A stretch of 64,000 bases of DNA from assembly GCA_035502275.1 (NCBI GenBank), contig DATJUN010000020.1:1821-65820 (forward strand). Reading direction: 5' to 3'. Every line of letters starts with the position of its first letter. The first letter of the stretch is position 1. The position numbers were made by a program, and so were the translations under genes. The notes under the pieces were generated by a model. That model was not told the DNA's origin. It was given only the letters and a program-made list of their open reading frames with translations, and did no database searches. This document shows positions 18,692-27,372 of the stretch, piece by piece. This stretch comes from Steroidobacteraceae bacterium (GTDB lineage: Bacteria > Pseudomonadota > Gammaproteobacteria > Steroidobacterales > Steroidobacteraceae).

Positions 18692-18746
18692 TCCCGCCGC
18701 GCCTCACCCCGCAAATCAGCGCCCTCCGCCAGGCGGGGTAGTCGCA

Positions 18747-19376
18747 ATGCCCCGCCCCAAACAGGTTACCGACGAACAGATCAGCTCGGCGGCGCGCCAC
18801 GTCTTCCGCGAGGTGGGCGTCAACGCGCCCGTGTCGCTGGTGGCGAAGGCCTTGGGCGTGACTCCGGCGGCGCTGTTCCATCGCACCGGCTCGCGCGAGC
18901 AACTGTTCATCATGGCGCTGCGGCCCTCGCGTCCCGAACAGTTCAAGCTGCTGAAAGTCATGAGCGAGGGTCCGGTCGATGCCATCCCGGTCCACAGTCA
19001 GCTCGAAGAGATCCTGATCCGCCTGAGCGCGCACCTGGCCGTGGTGTCTCCGAACGTCTTTATGATGTTCGCAGCGGGCATGTACCGACATCGCGGTACC
19101 CGGGCCAACCTGCCGCTGCGTACGCGCAGGCATCTGGCTGCCTGGCTGCAGCGCGCTCGCCGGCGCGGTGGCTGGCACTTCCGCAACGCCACCGTGCTGG
19201 CCGATGCCCTGGTCGGCGCGCTCGAAGGCCGCCATCTCTACGGCTATCTGCACGGTCGGCACTTCTCATTGCCGGGCGAGCGGCGTTTCGTGCGCGCACT
19301 GGTTGGCGAGCTCGTGTTGGCTGCCCGCCGCCGATCCGGCCATCCCGGGGCGCGCGCGCACCGATCCGCGGGCTAG
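18747..19376 (+). CDS. TetR family transcriptional regulator
   Basis: N-terminal HTH ISSAARHVFREVGVNAPVSLVAKALGVTPAALFHRTGSREQLF. Confidence 0.75.
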   Translation: MPRPKQVTDEQISSAARHVFREVGVNAPVSLVAKALGVTPAALFHRTGSREQLFIMALRPSRPEQFKLLKVMSEGPVDAIPVHSQLEEILIRLSAHLAVVSPNVFMMFAAGMYRHRGTRANLPLRTRRHLAAWLQRARRRGGWHFRNATVLADALVGALEGRHLYGYLHGRHFSLPGERRFVRALVGELVLAARRRSGHPGARAHRSAG

Positions 19377-19864
19377 AGAATCTCGAAGATGCCGTACAGG
19401 GCGCCGTGAGCGTTGCGGTGTCCGATGCCGACCGCGAGGATGCGGTTGAGCCAGTCGTATTGCGGAGCCGCCGTTTCAAAGAACGGGCAGATACGCATGT
19501 AGTACAGGGAGGGATCGACGACCTCACCGCGGTCGATGCGCTGCAGAACCTCGGCCGGACCGTGGCGAAATCCACGGTACTGCATGCTGATGAGGGCATC
19601 ATCGCGTGTCTTGAGCACCAGCCGCACATCGATGGTTGTGGCGCCATCGGGCCGCAGACGCTGCCAGTCGCTGCCGCCTTCGAGCACCTCTCCGGAGAGC
19701 CGCTCGCCTTCAAATGAGCCATTGGTGATGATGCCGATGCGGCGATAGCCATCGGGAGAGGTGCCGAGGATCTGCGGCTTCGCCACCTGAACGAATAGAT
19801 TGAACAACGCCCGCGTGCGCACCTGCCGCAGCAGATCGGGCAGCTCGAACTGTGTGGCCATCAT
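19373..19864 (-). CDS. DUF3237 domain-containing protein
   Basis: GYRRIGIITNGSFEGERLSGEVLEGGSDWQRLRPDGATTIDVRLVLKTRDDALI is a typical DUF3237 pattern. Confidence 0.7.
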   Translation of the reverse strand: MMATQFELPDLLRQVRTRALFNLFVQVAKPQILGTSPDGYRRIGIITNGSFEGERLSGEVLEGGSDWQRLRPDGATTIDVRLVLKTRDDALISMQYRGFRHGPAEVLQRIDRGEVVDPSLYYMRICPFFETAAPQYDWLNRILAVGIGHRNAHGALYGIFEIL

Positions 19865-19935
19865 GCGTGCCTCTCCATGTGTCGCCGCCCCGTGTCGCCC
19901 CCTGTCGCGCTGCGCCGCGCTGCCTGCGGGCCAGG

Positions 19936-21006
19936 CTAGCTGGCCGCGAGCAGCGGATAGTCGACGTAGCCGCGGGCGCCGCCAGAATAGAACGTGCTGG
20001 CATCCCAGGGTGTCAGCGGCGCACCGACTTTGAAGCGCTGCGGCAGATCGGGATTGGAGACAAAGGGCTTGCCGTACACGATGAGATCGGCTGCGCCGGA
20101 GGCAAGCGCCTCGTTACCCGATTCACGGCCGAAGCCGCCTGAAACCGCGAAGGTTCCTGGGTACAGCGGCCGCAGGATCTCGAAGATGTTCGGCAGCGGG
20201 TCCGAGCGCAGCACGTGCAGAAATGCCAGCTTCATCGGTGCGATCGCCTTCACCAGCTCCGAGTACGTCGCAACCGGATCATCGTCCTGAATGCCATTGA
20301 ACGGCATTGCCGGACTGATCTTGATGCTGATGCGGGAGGCTGAACCCGCCGCCTCGATCATCGCCTGCAGCGTTTCGACGACGAATCTCAGCCGATTCGT
20401 CAGACTGCCCCCATAGGCGTCCTTGCGCTGGTTCGATCCGCTCGACAGGAATTGCATCGGCAGGTAACCAGACGCCCCGTGCAACTGCACACCCTCGAAC
20501 CCGGCTGCAAGCGCATTGCGAGTCGCGCGCGCGTACTCGGCGATGACACCCGGGATCTCCGCTGTCTCGAGCGCACGCGGCATGGAGAAATCCTGCATGC
20601 CCGCGTCCGTGAAGATCTGGCCCGGAACCCGCAGCGCCGAGGGCGCCACCGGCGGCGTCTGCAGCAGCCGGTTGGCGACGTTGCTGACGCGGCCGACATG
20701 CATGAGCTGCAGGTACATCCTGCCGCCCCTGGCGTGCACGGCGTCGACTATCCGCTTCCAGGCAGCAATCTGTTCGGCGCTCTCAATGGCAGGGGTGCGC
20801 ACATATCCGAGCCCTGCAGCCGAGGGAGCCGTGCCTTCGGTGATGATCAGGCCCGCCGAGGCGCGCTGCGTGTAGTACTCCACCGCGAGCTGCGTCGGGA
20901 CTGCGGCAAACGTGGCCCGATTGCGCGTCATGGGCGCCATGACGATTCGATTGGGAATCGTAAGATCCCCGATCCGGGCGGGGCTGAACAGATCAATTGC
21001 GGACAT
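19936..21006 (-). CDS. Alkene reductase / NADH:flavin oxidoreductase (Old Yellow Enzyme family)
   Basis: LFSPARIGDLTIPNRIVMAPMTRNRA, GFEGVQLHGASGYLPMQFL and YGGSLTNRLRF are OYE signatures. Confidence 0.9.
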   Translation of the reverse strand: MSAIDLFSPARIGDLTIPNRIVMAPMTRNRATFAAVPTQLAVEYYTQRASAGLIITEGTAPSAAGLGYVRTPAIESAEQIAAWKRIVDAVHARGGRMYLQLMHVGRVSNVANRLLQTPPVAPSALRVPGQIFTDAGMQDFSMPRALETAEIPGVIAEYARATRNALAAGFEGVQLHGASGYLPMQFLSSGSNQRKDAYGGSLTNRLRFVVETLQAMIEAAGSASRISIKISPAMPFNGIQDDDPVATYSELVKAIAPMKLAFLHVLRSDPLPNIFEILRPLYPGTFAVSGGFGRESGNEALASGAADLIVYGKPFVSNPDLPQRFKVGAPLTPWDASTFYSGGARGYVDYPLLAAS

Positions 21007-21045
21007 TTGAATGTTTCATCCTTCAGGGTGGTGCTGACCCGGCGC

Positions 21046-21408
21046 TCAGTGGAGCATCGCCGCGAGCACGGCACAGCACAGAGCCCAGAACAGCGGATAT
21101 TCGCAGCCGCCGATGTGCCACAGCCACTTTTTGCTGACCTTCAGCACAGCCGCGCTCGCGATCAGCAGGTAAGCGCAGGACACCCACGCCGCGATATGCA
21201 CGTACAGCCCGAAAATCAGCAGAATGGCCAGCACGGTCTCGATGATCATTGCCGTCCAGCGCCAGGCCTCGGCCGGCTTCATTCCGGCGGCGCGAAAGAA
21301 GCCCAGTGAGGCTTCGCGCGCCGTGAATTTCCCGACGATATGCGGCACGAAGAAAAAGCCGCAGATGAACTGCAACGCGTACAGAGGCGTCAACTGGATA
21401 TTGCCCAT
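21046..21408 (-). CDS. DoxX-family small membrane protein
   Basis: 120 aa with four hydrophobic helices and FFFVPHIVGKF near the N-terminus. Lies directly upstream of the OYE gene. Confidence 0.6.
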   Translation of the reverse strand: MGNIQLTPLYALQFICGFFFVPHIVGKFTAREASLGFFRAAGMKPAEAWRWTAMIIETVLAILLIFGLYVHIAAWVSCAYLLIASAAVLKVSKKWLWHIGGCEYPLFWALCCAVLAAMLH

Positions 21409-21487
21409 GGTCCTGCATCCTTTATTTTATTTCGCTCACGAGCCGGCCTGCCTTGCGCCGCGAGGCGCTCCCCTGTCAGAGCCGATT

Positions 21488-21516
21488 TGGATCAGTCGTG
21501 GATCACGCGTGGATCA
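21488..21516. repeat. Three direct TGGATCA repeats with exact 11-bp spacing
   Basis: TGGATCA occurs at 21488-21494, 21499-21505 and 21510-21516. The last two copies extend to CGTGGATCA. The array lies 80-108 nt upstream of the DoxX start on the opposite strand. Confidence 0.6.
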
Positions 21517-21557
21517 AGCGTGCCAACTGCGCCGTACCCATGCGTTGCCACGCCGTC

Positions 21558-23252
21558 TCAGGCGCCGCGCTGGGACTGCTGCTGGTGCCATTGCGTCATC
21601 GCTATGCGTTGATCGCGGTGCGGATCGATCTGCAGCTCACAGTGATCGTTGAAGATCATGACCGCGCGATGCTCGGGCGAATATGGCGACCAGCCCGGCA
21701 ATCCCGGTGCCCCGGGAGTACCCGTGTGCGCGAAATTGGCCCAGGCGCTGCTCATCCTGTCGGCCAACGCATAGCGATCGGCTCCGGTGCCCGTGACGAT
21801 GGCGGAGGTGGGCACGTCAAGATTATCGAAGACGTAGGGAATCTCGAGCGTATGCGGGGAACCCAGGCGCCCACCCTCCACCGGCGTTGTCTTCTCGAAG
21901 TGATAGACGTACACGGGCGCTGCGCCCAGCGCCGCCTTGCGCTCGGCCAGCAGCGCGATATTCGCCGTGAGCCAGTTGTCCGTGGAGATCAACTGATAGA
22001 GACGCATGTTGTCCGCCGCCGGAAAGCCACGGCGATAGAGCGCGATGAACCGGTCGGCATCGGTGTCATCGGCGTGCAGATTGCTCTTCACCAGATCGTG
22101 CAGCTCCCCATCGTCGATCGGATCGCGCGGAGTGGCCAGCATGAACGTGGTTTCGGTGAGGGTGCTGCCCGTGAGCAGCGGAACAGCAGCCGACATGTGC
22201 GGCGCCGTCGGATCGAACGGCGCCGCAGGCAGCGTGCGTCCATCGATGACCGGGCCGAAGATCAGACCGCCCCCCGCGCCGCCCGCCCCTGCGCCGCGGG
22301 ACAGCGCGCTCATGGCCGCGAGGATGCGCTTGACGGGCAGGTGCTGCAGCTCCTCGACCTGCGAGGCGGCGAGACCGAGGCGCTGCATGAGCCGGCGCGT
22401 GGAAGCGGAAGCCGCTTCGGGCTGGATACCGCGCAGGTTCATGCCGCTCTCGGCGATGGCGCGATGGAACAGCCCCTGGGCCGACGGCGTGGCCATCAGC
22501 GTCGTGGTCTTCCCACCCCCGCCGGACTGCCCGAAGATCGTCACCCTGGCGGGATCGCCGCCGAATTCGGCGATATTGTCGTGCACCCAGCGCAGCGCTG
22601 CCACGAGGTCCAGCAGCCCCGCGTTACCGGAATCGGCGTATCTGGCGCCGCCGATGTCCGCCAGATAGAGAAACCCAAAGGCATTCAGCCGCTCGTTCAC
22701 GGTCACCAGCACGACATCGTGCTTGCGTGCGAGATTGCTGCCATCGTAGCGGATGTCACCGCCCGAGCCGTTGGAGAAGCCGCCGCCGTGAAACCACACC
22801 ATGACGGGGCGCTGACGGCCATCGCGCACCCCGGCGGTCCAGACGTTCAGCGACAGGCAGTCCTCGCCCTGAGGCGAGTTGTCCAGCGAGATGACCTCTT
22901 CGGCGAGCATGGCAGCGGTGAGCTGCGGGCTCTGCTGGCCGTATTCGAACGCATCGCGCACGCCGCTCCAGGGCGCGGGCGGTTGTGGTGGCATGAACCG
23001 CCGCTCCCCGCCCGTCGGCGCAGCGTAGGGAATGCCGCGGAAAATATGCACGCCCTGCACGCGCTGACCGCGCACGCGTCCCGCCCTGGTATGCGCGATC
23101 GTGGTGGACGTGGTGGCGGCCGCACGCGCGCCGGTCTGGGCCAGCGCTGCGCCGCTGCCGCCCAGGAGCGCGCCACCCGCCAAGGCCGCGCCGCCAGCGC
23201 TCAGGAAGCTGCGCCGATTCAGAACCGCGGGTCCCTCATGTTTGCTCTTCAT
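21558..23252 (-). CDS. Tat-exported carboxylesterase / lipase (type-B carboxylesterase family)
   Basis: Twin-arginine signal NRRSFLSAGGAALAGGALLG, the nucleophile elbow IFGQSGGG and the oxyanion region WFHGGGF. Trimmed to the ATG at 23252. Confidence 0.85.
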   Translation of the reverse strand: MKSKHEGPAVLNRRSFLSAGGAALAGGALLGGSGAALAQTGARAAATTSTTIAHTRAGRVRGQRVQGVHIFRGIPYAAPTGGERRFMPPQPPAPWSGVRDAFEYGQQSPQLTAAMLAEEVISLDNSPQGEDCLSLNVWTAGVRDGRQRPVMVWFHGGGFSNGSGGDIRYDGSNLARKHDVVLVTVNERLNAFGFLYLADIGGARYADSGNAGLLDLVAALRWVHDNIAEFGGDPARVTIFGQSGGGGKTTTLMATPSAQGLFHRAIAESGMNLRGIQPEAASASTRRLMQRLGLAASQVEELQHLPVKRILAAMSALSRGAGAGGAGGGLIFGPVIDGRTLPAAPFDPTAPHMSAAVPLLTGSTLTETTFMLATPRDPIDDGELHDLVKSNLHADDTDADRFIALYRRGFPAADNMRLYQLISTDNWLTANIALLAERKAALGAAPVYVYHFEKTTPVEGGRLGSPHTLEIPYVFDNLDVPTSAIVTGTGADRYALADRMSSAWANFAHTGTPGAPGLPGWSPYSPEHRAVMIFNDHCELQIDPHRDQRIAMTQWHQQQSQRGA

Positions 23253-23331
23253 GGCTGTCTCCTTGCGGCGTCCCCACAGCGATTGCAGGCGCGCTGGCAT
23301 AAGTCATTCTAGCCTCTTTGATTCAGGGCAT

Positions 23332-24309
23332 TCACGTCGGAGCCGGGCCGTCGGCCTGATCCAGCTCGCTGCCGAAACAGCGCTGGTAGAGCTCCGCCAC
23401 CGCCGCGCGCTCCGCCTCATCACAGCGATTGAGAAAGCTCAGGCGGAAGGCAAGCCCGACCTGGCCGAAGATCTGCAGATTCTCCGCCCAGCTGATGACC
23501 GTGCGCGGTGACATGACGGTGGAGATCTCACCAGCCATGAAAGCCTCCCGCGTCAGCCCCGCGACACTGATCATGCGCGCGATGAGCTCGCGGCCCGCAG
23601 CGGTGTCATAGGCCGGCACGCGCGCCAGCACGATCTGCTGCTCGACCGGCGCGGGAAGATAGTTCAGGGTCGTGACGATCTGCCAGCGGTCCATCTGGCC
23701 CTGGTTGAGAGTCTGGGTGCCCTGATAGAGACCGGTGGCATCCCCCAGACCGATGGTATTGGCCGTGGCGAACAGGCGAAATGCCACGTGCGGCATCAGT
23801 ACGCGGTTCTGTTCCAGCAGGACCAGACGCCCCTGGCTTTCGAGCACCCGCTGCAGCACCAGCATCACATCCGGTCGTCCGGCATCGTATTCGTCCAGCA
23901 CCAGTGCGACGTTCCGTTGCAGCGCCCAGGGCAGGATGCCCTCGCGAAACTCGGTCACCTGGTGACCATCGCGCAGCGCGATCGCATCCCGACCGATCAG
24001 ATCGATGCGACTGACGTGCGCATCCAGGTTGATACGCACACACGGCCAGTTCAACCGCGCTGCGACCTGCTCGATATGCGTGCTCTTGCCGGTGCCGTGA
24101 AAGCCCTGCACCAGCACGCGGCGGTTGTGCGCGAAGCCCGCCAGCAGCGCCAGCGTCGTATCCGCATCGAAGCGGTAGGCGTCGTCGCGTTCGGGCACGA
24201 AGGCGTTGGGGCTGGCAAAGGCAGGGCAATGCCAGTCCGAATCGATACCGAATGTCTCGCGTACCGAGATCACCCGGTCCGGAAGACCCTGCAGCGAAGG
24301 TGCGTCCAT
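23332..24309 (-). CDS. cobS: Aerobic cobaltochelatase subunit CobS (AAA+ ATPase)
   Basis: Near full-length colinear resemblance to the CobS sequences I recall: [76 protein letters not shown]. Confidence 0.85.
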   Translation of the reverse strand: MDAPSLQGLPDRVISVRETFGIDSDWHCPAFASPNAFVPERDDAYRFDADTTLALLAGFAHNRRVLVQGFHGTGKSTHIEQVAARLNWPCVRINLDAHVSRIDLIGRDAIALRDGHQVTEFREGILPWALQRNVALVLDEYDAGRPDVMLVLQRVLESQGRLVLLEQNRVLMPHVAFRLFATANTIGLGDATGLYQGTQTLNQGQMDRWQIVTTLNYLPAPVEQQIVLARVPAYDTAAGRELIARMISVAGLTREAFMAGEISTVMSPRTVISWAENLQIFGQVGLAFRLSFLNRCDEAERAAVAELYQRCFGSELDQADGPAPT

Positions 24310-24385
24310 CGATGGGCGCCAGCGAGCGCGACGACAGCGCCGTCTAGGACAGGAACACGAGCGGCTTCGTCACCAGGCGCGCCGA

Positions 24386-25396
24386 TCAGAATTCAATCGG
24401 GTAGGGCTTGAGCTTGCCGCTCTCGTACATCTCCGGCAGCCCCGGCGTGGCGTTCTCCCAGACCAATAACATGGAGCGTTTGGCCGAATAGCCCTGATGG
24501 CGGATATCGGCCGGCATCGCCGCGACATCCCCTGCCCGCATGCGCACCTTGGCGCGCGGCGCACCGGTGGTCTTGTCTTCCACCTCCCAGATGATCTCAT
24601 CGGAGAGCTGCATGAACCACTCGACTCGGTCATTGCCGTGCTTGATCGGCAGGATGTACTCCTCGGTCGTGGGACAGGCGAGGCTCCGTCCGCACACGCC
24701 GGTCACGGAAGGATTCCAGGTCACATCCGAGCGCGACAGATAGGCGAACAGATTGAAGGCGTGCACCTCGCCCTCGAAGCCGGGCTCCGCGTGCACCTGC
24801 GGCTCATCCTGCGACACATCGCTGAAGGCACGGTTGACCGGATAACCATTCGCGTCTGTGCGCAGCGGCGTATCGCCCGGCAACCCCGGCATGCGTCGGC
24901 AGGCCTGGCGCTCGCGCTCGATGGCTTCGCGGTTGTGGCCGCTCTTGGCACCCGACCAGGATTTGCCGGTCTCATCGGGCGCAGCAAACGGATCGAATCC
25001 CGCATTGGTCCAGTCGTCCAGGATCGCCTTGAAGGTCGCCATGATCTGTGGCGTCTCGAAGGTCTCGGTCAGATCCAGTCCTTTGTCATGGAAGGCGGGG
25101 TGGTAGCGTCCGGCGTACATCTCCACCTTGCCGTAGAGATTTCGCGTACCAATCACGGTGTCCAGGTTTACCCACCCATAGAAGAAACCCCAGGCGACGT
25201 CGCGCATCATCGCGCGCAGGAAGGCGTCGGCCGAGAGCGTATGCGTGAGGGTCTGCCCCTTGGCCGGCCAGCGCACGTGCACGAAGTACTCATCGCGCGA
25301 GAAGTTGAAGCTGCCGAGCTGGAAGCTGCGGTAACCGGTGCGATTGCTGGCCGGCGAGGATTGGACCGTCGGCTCCGTACTCAGGGCGGTACTCAT
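24386..25396 (-). CDS. Hydroquinone 1,2-dioxygenase large-subunit-like cupin protein (PnpD/HapD-like), orphan
   Basis: 336 aa. The C-terminal cupin carries H253-x-N255-x3-E259 (KHGNDRVE) and H300 (ADIRHQG). This spacing matches the Fe ligands I recall for PnpD (H256, N258, E262, H303). No small-subunit gene is adjacent. Confidence 0.55.
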   Translation of the reverse strand: MSTALSTEPTVQSSPASNRTGYRSFQLGSFNFSRDEYFVHVRWPAKGQTLTHTLSADAFLRAMMRDVAWGFFYGWVNLDTVIGTRNLYGKVEMYAGRYHPAFHDKGLDLTETFETPQIMATFKAILDDWTNAGFDPFAAPDETGKSWSGAKSGHNREAIERERQACRRMPGLPGDTPLRTDANGYPVNRAFSDVSQDEPQVHAEPGFEGEVHAFNLFAYLSRSDVTWNPSVTGVCGRSLACPTTEEYILPIKHGNDRVEWFMQLSDEIIWEVEDKTTGAPRAKVRMRAGDVAAMPADIRHQGYSAKRSMLLVWENATPGLPEMYESGKLKPYPIEF

Positions 25397-25478
25397 GGGA
25401 CGCCTCCGTATGCACGCTGCGAAATTTCTGCGGGTTCGACCGGAAAGTGTAGCGCCAAACTAACTGCGGCGATACGAA

Positions 25479-27350
25479 TCAGGGCGCGGGTGGCCCCACA
25501 CCGAAGGCGAGCAGCACGTTGCCTGGATGCGCGCTCGTGACCGAATAGCCCGAGCCGGCGAAGAGCATGCCGTCAACGACGGCGAAACCCTGCGAGCTGA
25601 TGCCGCCCCCATGCGCCGCCACGCCATTGACGGTATCGAACTGCCGCGCCGTATCGAAGCTCCACAGCACCTGTCCATCCCTGGCAGCGACACCAAACAG
25701 ATGTCCGTCTGCGCCGCCTACGAACAGCACGCCGGGAATGGCGGTGACCGGTGAAGCGTCGGAGATGCGCTCGCCGGCGGGGGCCAGTGCCTGCTTCCAC
25801 CGCAGCGCACCGCTGGCCAGATCGATCGCGGCCAGGCCGCCCCCCGTGAGGCCGTAGTAGACCGTCTCGCCAAGCACGGCCCCGCCCCACATCATTCCGG
25901 AATAGTGCCCACCGGGCGGCAGTACATCCCCTGCGAGCCTGCCGCTGACGTTCATGCGCCAGACGAGTCTGCCGTGCGCATCCGGATCCAGCGCCAGCAC
26001 ATCACCGGGCTTCGTGGCCACGACGACCAGGCGGTGACCGTTGCGCAGGCGCACCAGGATCGGGGACACGGGGATGTCCCAATCAGGCCCCTCGGTCTGC
26101 GGACAGTTGTCGGTGAGGTTGTCGCCGCGGCAGCCGACCAGAAAGGAGTCCCCGTGCGTGGCCTCGAAGCTCCAGAGCCTGTGCCCCGTGCGCATATCGA
26201 CGGCCATCACCGCATCGATGCTGTCGGGGGCCGGATAGGTCGTGCCATCGCCGGTGCCGAAATAGATCGCGTGACGCTGCGGATCCACTGCCGGGGTGTT
26301 CCACACCGATCCACCGGCCGGAGCATACTGCTGCACACCGTGCGAGTTTTTTCGCACCGGGTGTGGGCGCTGCGCGATGACGTAGCTCTTCCACAGCTGC
26401 CGACCGCTGTTGGCATCCAGCGCGACGACGTTGCCGACCGCCGTACAGCAGGGATAATCCAGCGAGCGGGCGGAAAACTCCTCCCAGGAAGAGATCGGCA
26501 CGTACAGACGGCCCGCGTAGTAGGCGGGCGTGGCTGTCACGCGCGTGGTGTACTGGGGATCGATGTGCGTCTTCCAGAGCAGCGCGCCGGTGTGCGCATC
26601 GAGCGCATAGACGTTGGCCTTCAGATCACCGAAGTACAGTGCCTCGTGCGCGCCGGCGTGACCGTGGATCGGCTCGACGATCGGCGCGTTGCGCACCGCC
26701 GAGTCCGCGGCATAGGACCAGTACACGCAGCCGCTGCGCGCATCGACGGAGTAGACGAATCCGGTATCCGTGCCGATGAAGACGCGGCCATCCGACACCG
26801 TTGGCTGGCTGTAGGCCGAAGTGCTGTTCGGCAGACCGAAGGCCCAGCGCAGCTGCAGCTGTGGCACCTGCGCTGCGGTGAGCCCGGCGGCCCTTGCGCT
26901 CTGGAAGCGGGTGTTGTCGATGCCGTTGCCCCAGCCCCACCACTGGCCCGAGCGCGCCGCATCACCCAGCGGCGGATTCGCCCTGCATCGATTCTGCATT
27001 GATTTGGCGTCGCCCTGCGCGGAGCTGCCGAGCAGCCGCCCGGCGACCGCCTGCGCCACCAGACGCTTCTGCACGTCCGAGAGCTTCATCCCGACCGCCT
27101 GCATCGCGCCGCTGCTGAGCGCCGCAAAAATGCGCTCGGGCGAATAGCTGCGCAGCTGCGCAGGTGAGGGTGCCTGCGGATAGGCGGGCTGACCGTGGCA
27201 GGACAGACAATTCTGCTGGAAGATACCGAATCCGACCTCGGTCCCCGGGGTCAGCCCATTGCCCTGCGGTGCCGGCTCGGCGCTGAGCGCCCAGCCCGCC
27301 CAGGCCACTGCGGCGATCGCGAGGCCGGCGATTGCCCCTGCGCGCATCAA
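25479..27350 (-). CDS. Quinohemoprotein dehydrogenase: N-terminal cytochrome c domain plus PQQ beta-propeller (polyvinyl-alcohol-dehydrogenase-like), copy 1
   Basis: Signal peptide, a heme c motif CLSCHG, then repeated propeller blades with W-rich PQQ-repeat motifs. Architecture and length match the PVA dehydrogenase (cytochrome) family. Confidence 0.75.
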   Translation of the reverse strand: MMRAGAIAGLAIAAVAWAGWALSAEPAPQGNGLTPGTEVGFGIFQQNCLSCHGQPAYPQAPSPAQLRSYSPERIFAALSSGAMQAVGMKLSDVQKRLVAQAVAGRLLGSSAQGDAKSMQNRCRANPPLGDAARSGQWWGWGNGIDNTRFQSARAAGLTAAQVPQLQLRWAFGLPNSTSAYSQPTVSDGRVFIGTDTGFVYSVDARSGCVYWSYAADSAVRNAPIVEPIHGHAGAHEALYFGDLKANVYALDAHTGALLWKTHIDPQYTTRVTATPAYYAGRLYVPISSWEEFSARSLDYPCCTAVGNVVALDANSGRQLWKSYVIAQRPHPVRKNSHGVQQYAPAGGSVWNTPAVDPQRHAIYFGTGDGTTYPAPDSIDAVMAVDMRTGHRLWSFEATHGDSFLVGCRGDNLTDNCPQTEGPDWDIPVSPILVRLRNGHRLVVVATKPGDVLALDPDAHGRLVWRMNVSGRLAGDVLPPGGHYSGMMWGGAVLGETVYYGLTGGGLAAIDLASGALRWKQALAPAGERISDASPVTAIPGVLFVGGADGHLFGVAARDGQVLWSFDTARQFDTVNGVAAHGGGISSQGFAVVDGMLFAGSGYSVTSAHPGNVLLAFGVGPPAP

Positions 27351-27372
27351 ACGTAACCGACGAGCGGACCGG

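Noticed and set aside
21453-23312. 619-aa plus-strand ORF. Similar long antisense ORFs occur at 13065-14549, 14585-15811, 34164-35843 and 41511-42566.
   Set aside because: All lie opposite genes with strong family signatures and translate to low-complexity Arg/Gly/Ala-rich sequence.
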